Shown here piece by piece: positions 27,750-41,089 of a DNA stretch of 64,000 bases. How positions within the stretch are numbered: position 1 is the stretch's first letter; every line of letters starts with the position of its first letter. The notes beneath the pieces were generated by a model, which saw only the letters and a list, made by a program, of their open reading frames with translations, was not told where the DNA came from and did no database searches. Origin of the DNA: Sminthopsis crassicaudata. Lineage: Eukaryota. Made by a program: the position numbers and the translations under genes. The stretch is from assembly GCF_048593235.1 (NCBI RefSeq), contig NC_133619.1, positions 638,640,558 through 638,704,557 on the forward strand. Reading direction: 5' to 3'.

Positions 27750-28690
27750 GTTGGCTGTTGTCCTTTCTCATATTGGAGCAAACTGACATCCCTGTTAGAG
27801 TCGAATTAACGTGATTTGGCTCCCGTCTATGAGCGGCGCTCCGCCACAGGTCAGGCCCAAACCGGGGCCCGGAACATTTCCGTGGGTCCTCTAACTTGGC
27901 ACATTTCTTCCGAGCTGATTCATTCAGCTTTGCTCCTAGAGCCCGGCACCTTCTCTGTTGAGGGCCCGCCATGCTGTGCCAGTGGCCCCTATCGTAAATC
28001 AATTCCGAAGTTTGTTTTTATGAAGCTTTTTATTTTTATTCTAAATTTCTGTTCTATTTCAATCCCAAAGTTCCTAGGAGTGTCTTAGTATCGCTTTTTC
28101 TGACCACTCTGTGAGCGCTTCCCCTGTGGGAGTTCTCCATAAAATGCCCGCTTGCCAACGAGCGGGCATTTGACATTAGAACGATATGGAGGCCCAATGG
28201 AGTTGCCCTCTCTGCGGCAGAGTTTGTATCCTTGGCGGTTTGGTCCAAGAAAGGCCCTCAGGGTCTGTTATCCTGCCAGGAGACCTTCAGACTCTTCCTA
28301 GGACAATTCAAATGGAAACGATCCAGTCTCCTGCCATGGCGCGGGCACGGTGCCCACTTTCACGGGCATTAGCTCAGCACAGCGGCTCTTAGACATTCAG
28401 TTTGGGGGGCAATCTGACACCTTCCTTCGCCCCCGCTTTGCCTCAGAGGGTCCCAAACACTGAACTAGCTCTACCCATGAGTGTGCCAACCTCATTATCG
28501 AGTGGACATCCCAGAAGAGTAGACCGCCGAGGAAATGAACTATAAAAGGAAATTTGCTGTAACCCAACGAGTCCCCTTATGCTCGGCGTACTGCTGGCTG
28601 ATGGAGGACCTGTGTTTCCTTGGACGGTTAGGCCAAAGTGAGCACAAACAACAGAGACTCATTTAGTTGGTTGAATCTCTTCTTCCCAGG
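27750..28690 (-). mobile_element. 5'-truncated RTE-clade LINE
   Basis: Minus strand tttatggagaactcccacaggggaagcgctcacagagtggtcagaaaaagcgatac = RTE ORF C-terminus (FYGEL..GKRS..GQKKRY); RTE-type 3' end ...gaaaggacaacagccaacgaa at ~27750. Confidence 0.8.
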
Positions 28691-30214
28691 CTCATTGAAT
28701 GCGCCATCACGTGCAAACAAATCAGGCCGCAGCACTCCCTCCCCTTGAGTTCTCATCAGTAAGTAGACTTTTCAAGTGGAAGAGAACTTTTTTTTTTTTT
28801 TCTTTCAACTAGAAAAGGCTGTCAGAAAAAACAAAAGGAGGTATTTTAGTGGGGACTTTTGGGAAGTCAAGGGAGAGCCTTCTGGGCTTTAGCGTCCACT
28901 TGGACTCTCTCATACAATGAATGGAAGCCCCCAGAGGGCAACCCCTAGGTGTTCCGACCCCTAGCACCAACCTAGAATTGAAATGACCGCCTAGAAATAA
29001 ACTCAAGATCATTAACTCCCTCCCAGCCCATACCTCCCCGCTTGCCCATGGGCTTTTCTGGGCAGAGACACTGGGCTGCGTTGCCCCTTAGCTTCTCCAA
29101 CTCATTTTACACATAAGGATAACCATTGTCCGGGGTCACACAGCTTGGGTCTGAGGCTGGATTGGAACTCCTTTAGGCCTCAGTTCACACCTACCCACTT
29201 AACAACTGAAGCACAACCATTAAGCAGAAGTCTTTCCCCTGCACTTCTATGCCTTCAGGGTAGGGGTGGGTTAGTGAAAGGGGGGGATATGATTAAATCA
29301 GGTGTTTTGGCTTCCAGATTAGCCCACTTTAGTGCTTTGAGGATAATTCTTCTTTGTGTTTTGAGGTCCCTCAGAGTCTCCCAGGAGGAAATCTCGATGT
29401 TTAGTGGCTTTCCTCCTAGATCTGAATGGGCAACCTGGGGCAAGGGGGGAAAAGGGAACTGGAGAGGGAACTGGAAAGTGACCTTAGAGACCAGCATGCG
29501 GGCAATCCGCTCTTTGTACAAGGAGGGAAACGGGGTCCAGAAACGTGGGAAACTCAACTGGACACAGAAGAAGAGTTGAAAGAGTAATGAAGGAAATAGC
29601 AGGAATAGAGATTTTTTTTTCTTGTTCTTTGGGTAAGGAAGGACTTTAGAGTGTTAACTTTGAGGGGGTCATTGGGTCTAGAGAATATCTTTAAAGATAG
29701 GGTTTGAAGTCTGTAGGTATAGAACCTGTAGGGGAGGAGAGATTGAAAAGGGAGTGGGAGAGTTGGAAAAAAACTGAAATGGCAGGAGAGGCTGCGGTGA
29801 GGAGCACGTCGAAAAGGGGTTCGCCCTAGCAAAGAAAAGGGCCCCCATAGTGCCAAAGACTACGGGAAAGGAAGAGATGATGGGAAATGAAGTCAAAGTG
29901 TTGTGAGGAAGATGGGTAAAGGGACCTCAGTTTCCCACTCAAAAATGGAGATGCTAAGCTGAGAAAATAGAGAAAAGGGAAGGTTTGGAAGAGCTTCTGG
30001 AGGGAATAACTTTGGAGAGGAAGTTGGCTTCAGCTGGAGCGCCGGCCAGTCAAAATAATGATGGGAGCTCAGAAGGGGACAGCAAAAAGGGAAGGATACT
30101 GAGAGGAAAAAGGAGGATCCAAGAAGGGACAGGGATAAATGTTATCTTCCGGTTTCTTGGTTAAGGAACATGACCTTTGCACTGGAAAGGACTGACCAGA
30201 GTTAACAGCCCAGA

Positions 30215-30790
30215 TAAATAAGGTGATAACTGGTCCTGATGGAGTTACTTAGGCCAGATAACTATTTCTTACCTTCTTGGGGAAAATAAACACTATGCAG
30301 CTGGGATTGGTTGTTGAGCCACTTTCAGGGATAATTTAAAAATCTTGGAAAATGGGATAGGTCCTACCAGATTGAAGACAGGCAAATGTAGTCCCCATTT
30401 TCCAAAAATGGGCAGAAAACAGTCAGCAAAAGTTCAGAGAGCTTGACTGTGAATCATTAGGGAAAAAAAAAAAAAAATCCCAGAATGCATTTTAATGGTT
30501 TGCTTAGCAAGTAATCACGGCTAAAGATGGAGGCCATGATTACAGAGAACCAGCACAACTTCCTCCAGAACTGGTCAATTTTGGTTCACTTTTTGACAGA
30601 ATTACTGAACTGGGAGGGAATGTTATCACAGAGTTTATTCAAATTTTATCAAAATTTTTGATAATGCATTTCATAGTATGATTGGAGAAAGGTTGAGAAG
30701 GTGACAATTGGACAAGAGTACTACCATGTGGATGGAGAGCGGATTGGATTGAAGAGATTCCAAGAGTAGTCGTTAATGTTCAATTTCAAC
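30215..30790 (+). mobile_element. Degraded CR1/L3 reverse-transcriptase fragment
   Basis: Remnants of GPD..., DWR.ANVVPIFKK.G, QHGF, SKAFD and QRVVING segments recognisable at DNA level. Confidence 0.6.
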
Positions 30791-31293
30791 ATGACAGTTG
30801 AGTCTGCACTTTTCCCCATCACTTTCTCAGTCTACACAATCAGAAAAACAAAAACCATCAACACCAGATTGGTGGTATATGCCAGTTTCTGAGATATAAA
30901 TGCTGCAAATTTAACTATCCGCTCCTGGGAGCCAGTTTGGTCTGGCTGGAGCCACGCGTGCCTTTCCCACAGAAAAGTGTTGTTTCCCATTTTTTTAGTC
31001 AACCTTGCCGATCTCAGATATTAATAAATAGTTGCTAATTTGACTTTATTTGCCTCATTTCCGTGAGCCAGTTTTCTCCCTTGTATAATGAAGATTTTGA
31101 ACCAAATTCCTTCTTAGATCCATTCCAGTTCTAAATTTTTAGTCAAAACCTTCCAGAATTCTGGGGTTTAAACATGATTGAGTCATTGAGGAAGGGGAGA
31201 CACCTAGTTCCACTCTTCTTACCTGTCCCAGCCCTTTTCACCTTTTTCTAGTCCTTCCAAGGGAGAAGACAGTCCCTTCCCCATTTCCCAGGT

Positions 31294-32640
31294 CCCTCAG
31301 GGACTTGTTTCTAGAGTGCATACCAGTTCCTTCTAGTCTCTCAACGTCAGTCCAAGTTCATGGTCATTGTTTCCACGACACCATCTATCCATCTCATCTT
31401 CTGACTTCCCCTTTTCCTTTTGCCTTCAAGCTTCCCCAGCATCAGGGGCTTTTCCAAAGGATCTTATCATTATGTGGCCAAAGCATTTCAGCTGCAGCTT
31501 CAGTATTGGATCCTCCAGGGAATAGTCTAAATTAGTGTCTTTAAGTTTTCATTAATTTGATCTCCTTGCTGTAGAGGGGACTCTCAAAAATCTTCTCCAA
31601 ATATGTTTGCACATGTAGAGGCTATATGGAATTGCTTGTGGGGGGACAATGGCAGTGGGCGGGGAGAAGGGATGGAGGAAGAAAATTTGGAACTCAAAAT
31701 TAAAAAAGAAAAAGGTAAAAACTTTTTACATGTAATTGGGAAAAAATTAATTTCAATTTTTTAAAAAAAGCTCTTTTCCAGCATCCCAATTCGAGTGTTG
31801 ACTGCAGGATCCCAGCTTTCCTTACAATCCAACTCTCATAGTCCTACATTGCTAATGGAAAAACTAGAGGTTTGATTCTATGGACCTTTATCAGCAAGGT
31901 GATTACTCTGCTTTTTAATTGGCTGTCCAAATTCACCACATTTTTTCCTTCCAAGGAGCAAGCATCTGCACTGATTTTTGAGCCCAAGAATAAACAATTT
32001 CTTGCTTCCATTTCTTCTCCCATTTGCCAGGAAGTGATAGCACCAGTTGCCACAAACTTAGATTTTTTTTTTTTTTTTTTTTTATGTTAAGTTAAGCTTC
32101 AGGTCAGTCTTTACAACTTTCTTCTTCTACTCTTATTAAGAGGCTTCCTAATAACCTCTACTTTCTGCCATCAGGGCAGTATTGTCTGTGTATCTGAAAC
32201 TGTTGCCATTTTCCTTGGCAACCTTAATTCCAGCTTTTAATTCCTCCAGCTTGGTATTTCCCATGATGTAGCCTATATATAAACAAGTAAATAAATAAGA
32301 TGACAATAGGCAGCCTTCTTGTCTCCCTTTCCAGCCTTAAATCAATCAGTTGTTCCATATTCAGCTCTAACTGTTGCTTCTTGATCTAGTTACAGGTTCC
32401 TCAGGAGACAAATAGGATGATCTGGTATTCCCATCTCTTTGATCAATGAAGCAAAAGTAGATTTTTTTTTTCCCTTGGAACTCCCTTGCTTTCTATCAGA
32501 TCCAGTAAATGTTGGCAATTTGGTTCTTCTGCCTCTGAAAAATAGCCTGCTCTTCTAGCAATTGTTCATTTATATATTGCTTAAATCTTGCTGACAGAAT
32601 CTTAAGTGCAAACTTGCAGGTGTGTATCATAAGTAAAATT
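31294..32640 (-). mobile_element. BovB-family RTE retrotransposon, 3' part, interrupted by an L1 3' tail (~31610-31770)
   Basis: ORF 31844-32053 MATGAITSWQMGEEMEA...FLGSKISAD...NLDSQLKSRVITL.IKVH.IK.LVFP matches BovB RT (MASGPITSWQIDGETME...FLGSKITAD...NLDSILKSRDITLPTKVHLVKAMVFP); BovB-type 3' end near 31300-31460. Confidence 0.85.
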
Positions 32641-32656
32641 GTCCACTAGTATATAC

Positions 32657-32706
<50 letters not shown>

Positions 32707-32803
32707 GGACAGCAGAAATGGACAGCAGACACACAGATAGCTAGCTAGATGGTTAGATAAATGGAAAGATAGATGGATAGATAGCTAGACGGACAGCGGA
32801 CAC

Positions 32804-32866
<63 letters not shown>

Positions 32867-32885
32867 CAGATGGATGCAGATAGAT
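32657..32885 (+). repeat. Compound (GATA)n microsatellite
   Basis: Two pure GATA tracts separated by degenerate units. Confidence 0.95.
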
Positions 32886-33113
32886 TCTTATAAGGGCAGA
32901 TTATCTCCCCACTAGAGGAAGTTCCTTCAGTGAATAAATGCAAGGTCTCCAGCATCATAACAAGGACTCTAACAACAACTATAAGTTTCTCCTTTTGCAG
33001 CCTGCATTCTATAATCTTGAGCCCAATTTCCCTTAGACATACTGATGCAGATGTTTTTTCTTACTCTATAGTACCACCTTGATAAATAGAAATCTTAAAA
33101 AAAAAAAAAATTG

Positions 33114-33275
33114 AGGGGGGTGCAGCTAGGTGGTGCAGTGGATAGAGCACCAGCCCTGAAGTCAGGAGGACCTGCGTTCAAATGTGATCTCAGACACATA
33201 ACACTTCCTAGCTGTGTGACCCTGGGCAAGTCACTTAACCCCAATTGCCTCAGCAAAAAATAAAAAACAAAAAGA
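33114..33275 (+). mobile_element. WSINE1-like short CORE-SINE (other copies 37323-37478 +, 53985-54121 -)
   Basis: gcagctaggtggtgcagtggatagagcaccagccctgaagtcaggaggacctgcgttcaaat...gcaagtcacttaaccccaattgcctcagc followed by an A-rich tail. Confidence 0.85.
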
Positions 33276-33610
33276 GGGGAAAGAAAGAAATATAAATATT
33301 TATAATATTTTATATAAGTAAATATAAATATTTGCCAAGCACTTTTAAAAAGCCAAATAGTATCTCATTTACTCCTCACAACAAGAGGTACATATCATTA
33401 TTATCATTTTAGTTGAGGAAACTGAGGCAAACAAAGGTTAAGATGATTTATCCCAAGGTCACTCAGCTAAGATGTATTGGGGCTGGATTTGAATTCAAGT
33501 TTTCCTGACTTCACTCCAGTATTCTAGGTGCCTTTAGAGGCAGACTCCTTGAAGTCAGGGACTAGATCCATTTTCCTTTTTCCGGTTCATTTTTGTATGC
33601 TCAGTATATA

Positions 33611-33974
33611 CAGTTATCCCTTCCACATTGAACTTTACCCATCGTGGATTTGATATATTGTGCGTTGGCATTAGAAATTAAATGAGAGTTTTGGGGAATT
33701 GTTGAAGAAGTTGCAGAGAATATGCCATATGAAGGCCAGCAGATAACATAGAAAATTTTTAGAAACTCAGAAATGCACAAAATGTATTACTCTATTACAA
33801 AATTTAGTAATTGTATAATATTCACATGTTTTATCTTTTATATCATTATAATCTTTTAATACATAATAATTCAGATTTCTCCCTTACAAAATGAGAATAA
33901 AAAAAAAAAAATGTTGCTCCCAGACCATGGGATGCTGTATCCCTAATTCCTGCAACGTGGAAGAGAGAACTCTG
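33611..33974. mobile_element. Tigger/Tc1-mariner-type MITE
   Basis: TA|cagttatcccttccacat at the left end and degenerate inverted copy acgtggaagagagaactctg at the right end; isolated copy of the same TIR at ~40588. Confidence 0.6.
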
Positions 33975-34444
33975 CTTGGAACTTAGCAAATATTTCAGTT
34001 GGTCAACACCATTTATTACATTTATTACGGGTCTAGAAGCTACAGACACTTGAGCATATAAAGAGCTGAAAATATAAAGAAAAAATTATTATTTGATCTA
34101 GAGTTAGGCTGGTGATAATTTCTTGATTTTAGAGACTTTTGTGGCCAAAAAAAAAAAAGGGGGGGGGGGGAATCTGGTACAAAAGAATGGGAGTTAATTA
34201 GTATTCTATTCTATCCCTCACCCAGAAAGGATTAAATCATGCTGAAGTTGATAAAGACTGGCACAGCCTGGAGTTGAGAGAAAGGGGAGCTGAGACATTA
34301 AAACCATGGGACTGAAGTCCTGAGGGGGTTGGAGTCCTAGGATGGGTATGGGAGGAGAATGAGCTGGCATGGCGGTGTGAGGGATGAAACATCAAATGGA
34401 GACCAAGCAAAGAGGCAGCATAAGTAATAGAATAATAACTAATA

Positions 34445-34446
<2 letters not shown>

Positions 34447-34476
<30 letters not shown>
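34447..34476. repeat. (AT)n microsatellite
   Basis: Direct reading. Confidence 0.95.
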
Positions 34477-34479
<3 letters not shown>

Positions 34480-34863
34480 ATATAGAGAGTACACAATCAA
34501 AAAGATAGTCGTCATGAATCTTTTATTAAGCACCTACTATATGCAAAACAACTGAGATATCCTTCCTCCTTTAATTTAGAAAAGACTTCATAGGGTGCTA
34601 CCTTAACACCCCAGTGAACTGGCTTTGTGAGACAGAGCTGCACAAAGTTGTCACCCTCACTCTCTCTTAAAGAATCATCAAAGTCCGGCGGCAGGACAAA
34701 AGTCTACAAGTATGGCCATGGCCTTGGGTGCAGGGGATGATCTTAGCCTCTGGTGTTTGACCAAAGTACCATGGGAATCAGTTGTTCTTATCTGATCTTT
34801 CTGCACGGGGAACCCTTCACCTGCTTTACATAGCTTTAAGTAATCAGTGTCAACAACAAGAAC

Positions 34864-35182
34864 NNNNNNNNNNNNNNNNNNNNNNNNNNNNNNNNNNNNN
34901 NNNNNNNNNNNNNNNNNNNNNNNNNNNNNNNNNNNNNNNNNNNNNNNNNNNNNNNNNNNNNNNNNNNNNNNNNNNNNNNNNNNNNNNNNNNNNNNNNNNN
35001 NNNNNNNNNNNNNNNNNNNNNNNNNNNNNNNNNNNNNNNNNNNNNNNNNNNNNNNNNNNNNNNNNNNNNNNNNNNNNNNNNNNNNNNNNNNNNNNNNNNN
35101 NNNNNNNNNNNNNNNNNNNNNNNNNNNNNNNNNNNNNNNNNNNNNNNNNNNNNNNNNNNNNNNNNNNNNNNNNNNNNNNNNN
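34864..35182. other. Assembly gap (N run)
   Basis: Run of N. Confidence 1.
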
Positions 35183-35306
35183 CTTTAAGGAATTCGGTTT
35201 ACTAAAAGCAACCACAAGCAAAAGTATCTTAATGATAATCAGAAAGTGCTTAACTATTATTATGCTTATGAACTCTGGATGAAATAGAGCTCTGATGAAA
35301 ATTATT

Positions 35307-35642
35307 TTTTTTAATTAATTTTATAATTATAACATTTTTGACAGTACATATGTATAGGTAATTTTTTACAACATTATCCCTTGTACTCCCTTCTGTTCCG
35401 AATTTTTCCCCCTCCTTTCCTCCACCCTCTCCCCTAAATGGCAGGCATTCCCATACATGTTAAATATGTTACTGTATATCCTAGGTACAATATATATGTG
35501 CAGAACTGAATTTTGTTGTTGTTGTTCCAAAGGAAGAATTGGATTCGGAAAGTAAAAATAACCTGGGGAGAAAAACAAAAATAATGCTAACAGTTTACAC
35601 TGATTTCCCAGTGTTCCTTCTCTGGGTGTAGCTGATTCTGTC
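35307..35642 (-). mobile_element. 5'-truncated L1 3' tail with ~17-bp TSD
   Basis: Near-identical to the 3' end of the L1 at 59349 onward; flanked by ctctgatgaaaattatt (35290-35306) and ctctgatagaaattatt (35643-35659). Confidence 0.8.
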
Positions 35643-36869
35643 CTCTGATAGAAATTATTACCTGCACTTACCCACTAGCGCTCCATTCTACTCCGCGCTC
35701 TAAAAACAATTTACACAAATAATAAAAACCTTAGCACTTCGGGCTGAATATCATGAGATGATCAATCAAGTGATCTATAGGCGTTGATTACTTTATCCTA
35801 GGAGGAGGAGACATAAGGACAAAAAAAAAACAAAAAAAAAACAACAGTTCAATATAGAAAATAGACACAAGACTATTTATGGAAGATGCACCTATAGGCT
35901 GGAGTGGTTTGAGGGGTCAAGAAAGCTTTCCTGTAGGTATTTTAATTTTAAGAACCTGAGATGGAGTACATTAAAGATGCAAAAGTAGGAAGATGGGAAA
36001 TAAAGAGAAGACCAGTTTGGCCATATCCAAGAGGTAAGACAGGGTCAAGAAAAGTAAGGATGCTCTTAAGTTTATGAAAGAGAGGAGTATAAAGGATAGA
36101 GACTAGCTCTATACTTTTAGGGAGATGAGGAATCCTGGGGGAAGAAACTACTTCCTTCAAACTTATCTGGACTTGGAGAGTAGCCTGGAGCTAATTAAGT
36201 CAAATCTACTAGCATTTATTAAGCACCTATTCAGTACCTAGTGTGGTGCTAAAGGGTTACCAAGAAATGCAAAGAGCAATTACCTGCCCACTGGGAGTTC
36301 ACTACAAATGAGAGAGATAGCCCAAATAACTGAATAAACATGAAGTAAGTAGGGGGTAATCAACAGAAAAAAAGGCTCTAAGATTGAGAAATACTAGGAA
36401 ATGATTCTTGCAGAAGATGGGACTTTAGAAGAGAGATTATTAGGACTGTAGCAAAGCCAGGAAGTGAAAATGGGGAAGAGAATTTCCGGTTTGGGGAGGA
36501 TGGTCATTGAAAATGCCTGGTGCAGAGACTCGGAATGCTTTATTGGAGAAACTGCAAAGAGACTAGAGTCTCATCAATTGTAAGGAAAAGCAAATAGGGA
36601 GTAGGAATGTGTGAGGTAGAAGAAGACTTAAGGAAGCAAAACACTTTAGAGCTTGTACAGGATGAGAGGTGAGAGAGACAGAAAGAGGGAGGGAGAGAGG
36701 GAAGGAGAAAGGGAAAAAAGAAAGGGAGAGAAAGGAGAAAGGAGGAGAGGGAGGAAAGGAGAAAGAGAGAGAGAGAATAAACTAGGGGAGGGGTGGAATA
36801 GGATGGAGGAAAATAAAAATTCTTAACTGTGGAAATAATTTTATGGCAAGCTTCTCTGATAAAGAACTC

Positions 36870-38990
36870 ATTTTTCAAATATAAAGATAATTGAGTTCAA
36901 TTTATAAAAATAAAATCCAGTTTGAGTTAAATTTATAAAAATAAAATCTCAATTGATAAATGGTCAAATGATATGAGCAGACAGTTTTCAAATAAAAAAA
37001 TTAAAATGCTCTAACTCATTATGGATCAGAGAAATGCAAATTAAAATAAGTCTGAGGTACTTACCACGCCACACCTGTTAGGTTGGATAATATGGGCAGA
37101 AAAGAAAATGACAAATGCTGGAGGGGATGTGGGAAAACTGAGACACCAATATACTGTTAGGGGAGTTTAACCATTCTGGAGAACAATTTGGAACTATGTT
37201 CAAAAGGCTATAAAACCATGCATACCCTTTTACCTAGTAATACCACAACTAGATCTGCATCCCAAAGAGATCAATAAAAAAAAGGAAAGAATCCATAGGT
37301 ACGAGCAAAAATATTTATAACAGGGGGCAGCTAGGTGGCACAGTGGATAGAGCACCGGCCTTGAATTCAGGAGGACCCGAGTTCAAATCTGGTCTCAGAC
37401 ATTTAACATTTCCTGGCTGTGTGACCCTGGGCAAGTCACTTAACCCCAGCCTCAGGGAAAAACAAAAACAAAACAAAAATATTAATTGCTTTTTATCTAC
37501 CAGATATATGCATGGGTAATTTTTCAGCATTGAAAAATGCAAAACCTTTGGTTCCCACTTTTCCCCTCCTTCCCCAGATAGCAGGTAGCCCAATACATCT
37601 TAAATATGTTAGAGTATAAGTTAAATACAATATATATACATACACATACAGTTATTTTGCTGTACAAAAAGAATCGGACTTTGAAATTGTTAAGTACCGA
37701 CTTAACACTTAGTAAGTTACTAACTTAACCACTTAGTAAGAACCTAACATGAAATAGTGTACAATTAGCCTGTGAAGAAAATAAATAATGAAGGCGGACA
37801 AAAATAGAGGGATTGGGAATTCTGTATAGTGGTAAAGTCGTCTCCCAGAGTTCTTTCGCTGGGTGTAGCTGGTTCACTTCATTACTGCTCTATTGGAACT
37901 GATTTGGTTCATCTCATTGTTGAAGAGGGCCATGTCCATCAGAATTGATCATCATATAGTGTTGTTGTTGAAGTATATAAAGATCTCCTGGTTCTGTTCA
38001 TTTCACTCAGCATCAGTTGATGTAAGTCTCTCCAAACCTCTCTGTATTCATCCTGTTGGTCATTTCTTACTGAACAATAATATTCCATAATATTCATATA
38101 CCTCAATTTATTCAGCCATTCTCCAATCTATGGGCATCCACATAGTTTCCAGGTTTTGGCCACCACAAAGAGGTCCCTTCCTCAAGATCTCTTTGGGATA
38201 TAAACCCAGTAGCAACGCTGCTGGATCAAAAGGTATGCACAGTTTGATAACTTTTTGAGCATAGTTCCAAATCATATTTTAATCACCCTGGCGTGGGGGC
38301 TCTAGAAAGCACTGTAAGTTTTGTCACCCCAACTTGGGGAGTCTAGAAAACAGGACACAACACCCCTTCACTTGGAGATGGGTCCAAACCTACGAATTCT
38401 TTTTAGATACCTCAAAACACGGATCTGTGACCCCACCCTTTTGGGGTCTCTTTTCAAACCTCAACATTATAAGAAGTGATAAGCAGGAAGCTCTCAGAAA
38501 AGCCTGAAAAAGCTTACATGAACTGATATAAAGTGAAAGGGAAAGAACTAGGAAAACACTGTATACAATAACAGCAAAACTGTACAATGATCAACTGTGA
38601 ATGACTTGGTTATTCTCAATAATACAAAGGTTCAAGACAGTTCCAAAAGATTTATGATGAAAAATGCTCTCCTTCCCCAGAAAGAAAACTAATGGAATCT
38701 GAATGCAGATTGAAGCACACTTTTATGAAACTTTACCTGTTTTTCTTGTTTGTTTTTAGTTTGTGTTTTTTTTTCATAACATGATTAATATGGAAATGTG
38801 TTTTGCATGACTTGTACATGTGTAACCAATATCAAATTGCTTGTCTTCTCTTCAGGAGGGGAAGAAGTAGAGAATTTGGAACTTAAAAATAAATAAAAAC
38901 TTTTTAAAAAACCCAAATGTTGGAAATTGTTTTACATGGGACTGGGGAAAAGATTAAATACATATTTTTAAAATTAAAACAACTTCCAAA
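36870..38990. mobile_element. Nested L1 pile: older + strand L1 3' part, interrupted by a WSINE1 and a younger - strand L1 3' fragment (~37487-38275)
   Basis: L1 ORF2 C-terminal DNA (aattgataaatggtcaaatgatatgagcagacagttttca...agaaatgcaaattaaa) on +; L1 3'UTR on -. Confidence 0.75.
37688..37749. mobile_element. 62-bp TG...CA insertion with 6-bp TSD (TGAAAT) inside an L1 3'UTR
   Basis: tgaaat|tgttaag...cctaaca|tgaaat; terminal TGTTA/TAACA inverted repeat. Confidence 0.75.
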
Positions 38991-40706
38991 AAGAAAAGAC
39001 AATAAAAAGATTGAAAAGTTGAGGGGTAGGATAGATTATGAAAGAGTCAAGAAGAACTGAATCTTTACCTGCCCTCGGACACTGTCTTAGCCTAGGCAAG
39101 TTAATTAATTTATCTCAATAAAGACAAGCTTATAAAACTAACAGCCTAATGAGGGAAGACATTATATAGATAAAAATGTCATCTTTGTAATAATAATAAT
39201 AATATTCATATTCATATATTCATTCGTGTAATGCCTACTAAGTACTAGACACAACACCAAGTGCTCTACCAACTTTATCCCATTTAATGCAAATATAGAG
39301 ACAAGCTAAATACAGGATAAATAGGAAATGATAACTAGAGGGAAGGTGCTAACATTAGGAAGGATCAGGAGAGTGGCTGTACCCACCACCATGAGGTTGG
39401 AGAATGGGGTCTAGAAGAATGACGTGAGATTCCTGTAAAAAGTACGGACTTGAAAGAAGTCAGGAAGCCGAGAAAGGATGAAGAAGAGGGAGAGAATTCC
39501 AGGCATGGCGGAATGGTCAGTGAAAATGTACAGAGAGGGTTTGATTTCAAGAATAGGAAGGTCTAAAAAGCATTTCTGAGGCTTGTAGAGTTTCTTATCT
39601 TCCAATTAATTTTATCTCAAGAATGTCAGTCTGGGTGGATGAGTCTTGTCATTCCCACCCTCACTCCCCAAGGTGTAACACCCATATCTAAAGTAAAGTT
39701 AATGAGAAGTTAATGGTTAGGAGGTCATGGGATCCAGAGCTGGAAGGACCTTAGAGGTCATCCCACTTGTTTTATTGAAAAACCTGGGGTAACAAAATTG
39801 GAGGGACCACCCCAGTGCTCATGACATCAGAATGGAGCATCCCAAGTTTATTCCCTAGATTTCACAAGTTTTATTCAGTATCTAAGACATAGAATACAAA
39901 TAAGTAATGGATTGGACTCAGAAAAAAATGTAAAGTTCTTCATCTGGCCCCAAGCATTTAACAAAAAGGAAGACCTATTTTTTCACTACTCACTTTGCCA
40001 ATGTTGCCAGATGGCAGTTATACATGGAATATCCCTGTCTCTGAAGAGCTAAAAATGAGTATCGAGCATTTTGTCTTCTAAGACAAAGCCAGCTCAACTA
40101 TGCAGCCAATGGAAAGAGGAAATAAAGAGAATGGTGGGAGCAGGGCTGCCAACACATTGGCACTCATTATGGAATATCTAAAAAGAACAGGTGTCAAAGG
40201 ATTTAACACCTGCCTTCTCAAAGTCTTCTATCTGATGAACTATAATTAAATTAACTCTATCATTGTGTCTGGTAGGGCTTGTCAATCTATTCTTCTAAGG
40301 CTCCATCAAGATCCCAGTAACTTTTGGGATTTAAGTGTCCCTCCCTAGTCACACTCCCCTTTTTGTGTGTACCCTCTACTGCATTACATTCTAATGAATG
40401 TAAGCTTTCTGGAGGCAAGGAGTGCTTCATCCAGTGTTTAGATTTTTTTTTTTTTTCATTAAAAAGGGATTACATTAGGGGAACAAAAGATTTCCCATAA
40501 ATCAAGAGTCCTCCTTTGTCTCTGGAGGGGAAAAGAGGATTTAGATTAACACTTTAGCTTTCCTTAGGACATAGCATTAGTCCAAGTACAGTTATCTCTT
40601 CCACATAGACTTATGAACAGAGCTCAAACTCAAGAGCTCTTCATTCCTAGAAAATCCCTCTAACACTTGGACTCTCATCTGGATCTCCTCTATGATAGCA
40701 GTGAAT

Positions 40707-40912
40707 ATACTATAAGATATTTAATATGTATGGGAATGCCTGCCATCTAGGGGAGGGGGTGGAGGGAAGGAGGGGAAAAACTCGGAACAGAAGGGAGTTC
40801 AAGGGATAATGTTGTAAAAAAAAAAATTTTATTTATGCATATGTACTGTCAACAAAAATGTTATAATTATAAAAATTAATAAAAAACAAAAACAAACAAA
40901 CAAACAAACAAA
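40707..40912 (+). mobile_element. 5'-truncated L1 3' tail with perfect 15-bp TSD
   Basis: atgatagcagtgaat at 40692-40706 and 40913-40927; A-rich/(CAAA)n tail. Confidence 0.9.
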
Positions 40913-41089
40913 ATGATAGCAGTGAATGTTTTTGTACATATCTTGTTTATTCACCTGATATTTATTATCAGAAGGTCATTAAACAGGATTATTTCTCTTG
41001 TAACATCTTCCAAGGAGTCTTAATATATGGATGGGACACAAATGGCAGTTGGTCAGTATATAAATTGGAATCTTTTATTTCATCTCCTC

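Noticed and set aside
29145-29896. ORFs of 100-144 aa in unique-looking DNA upstream of CRX
   Set aside because: No recognisable protein motif or convincing splice pattern; cannot support a gene
33114-33275. tRNA gene suggested by A/B-box-like sequence
   Set aside because: tRNA-derived SINE head followed by CORE and A-rich tail; no cloverleaf
34782-35282. ORFs of 113-166 aa
   Set aside because: Artefacts of the N gap
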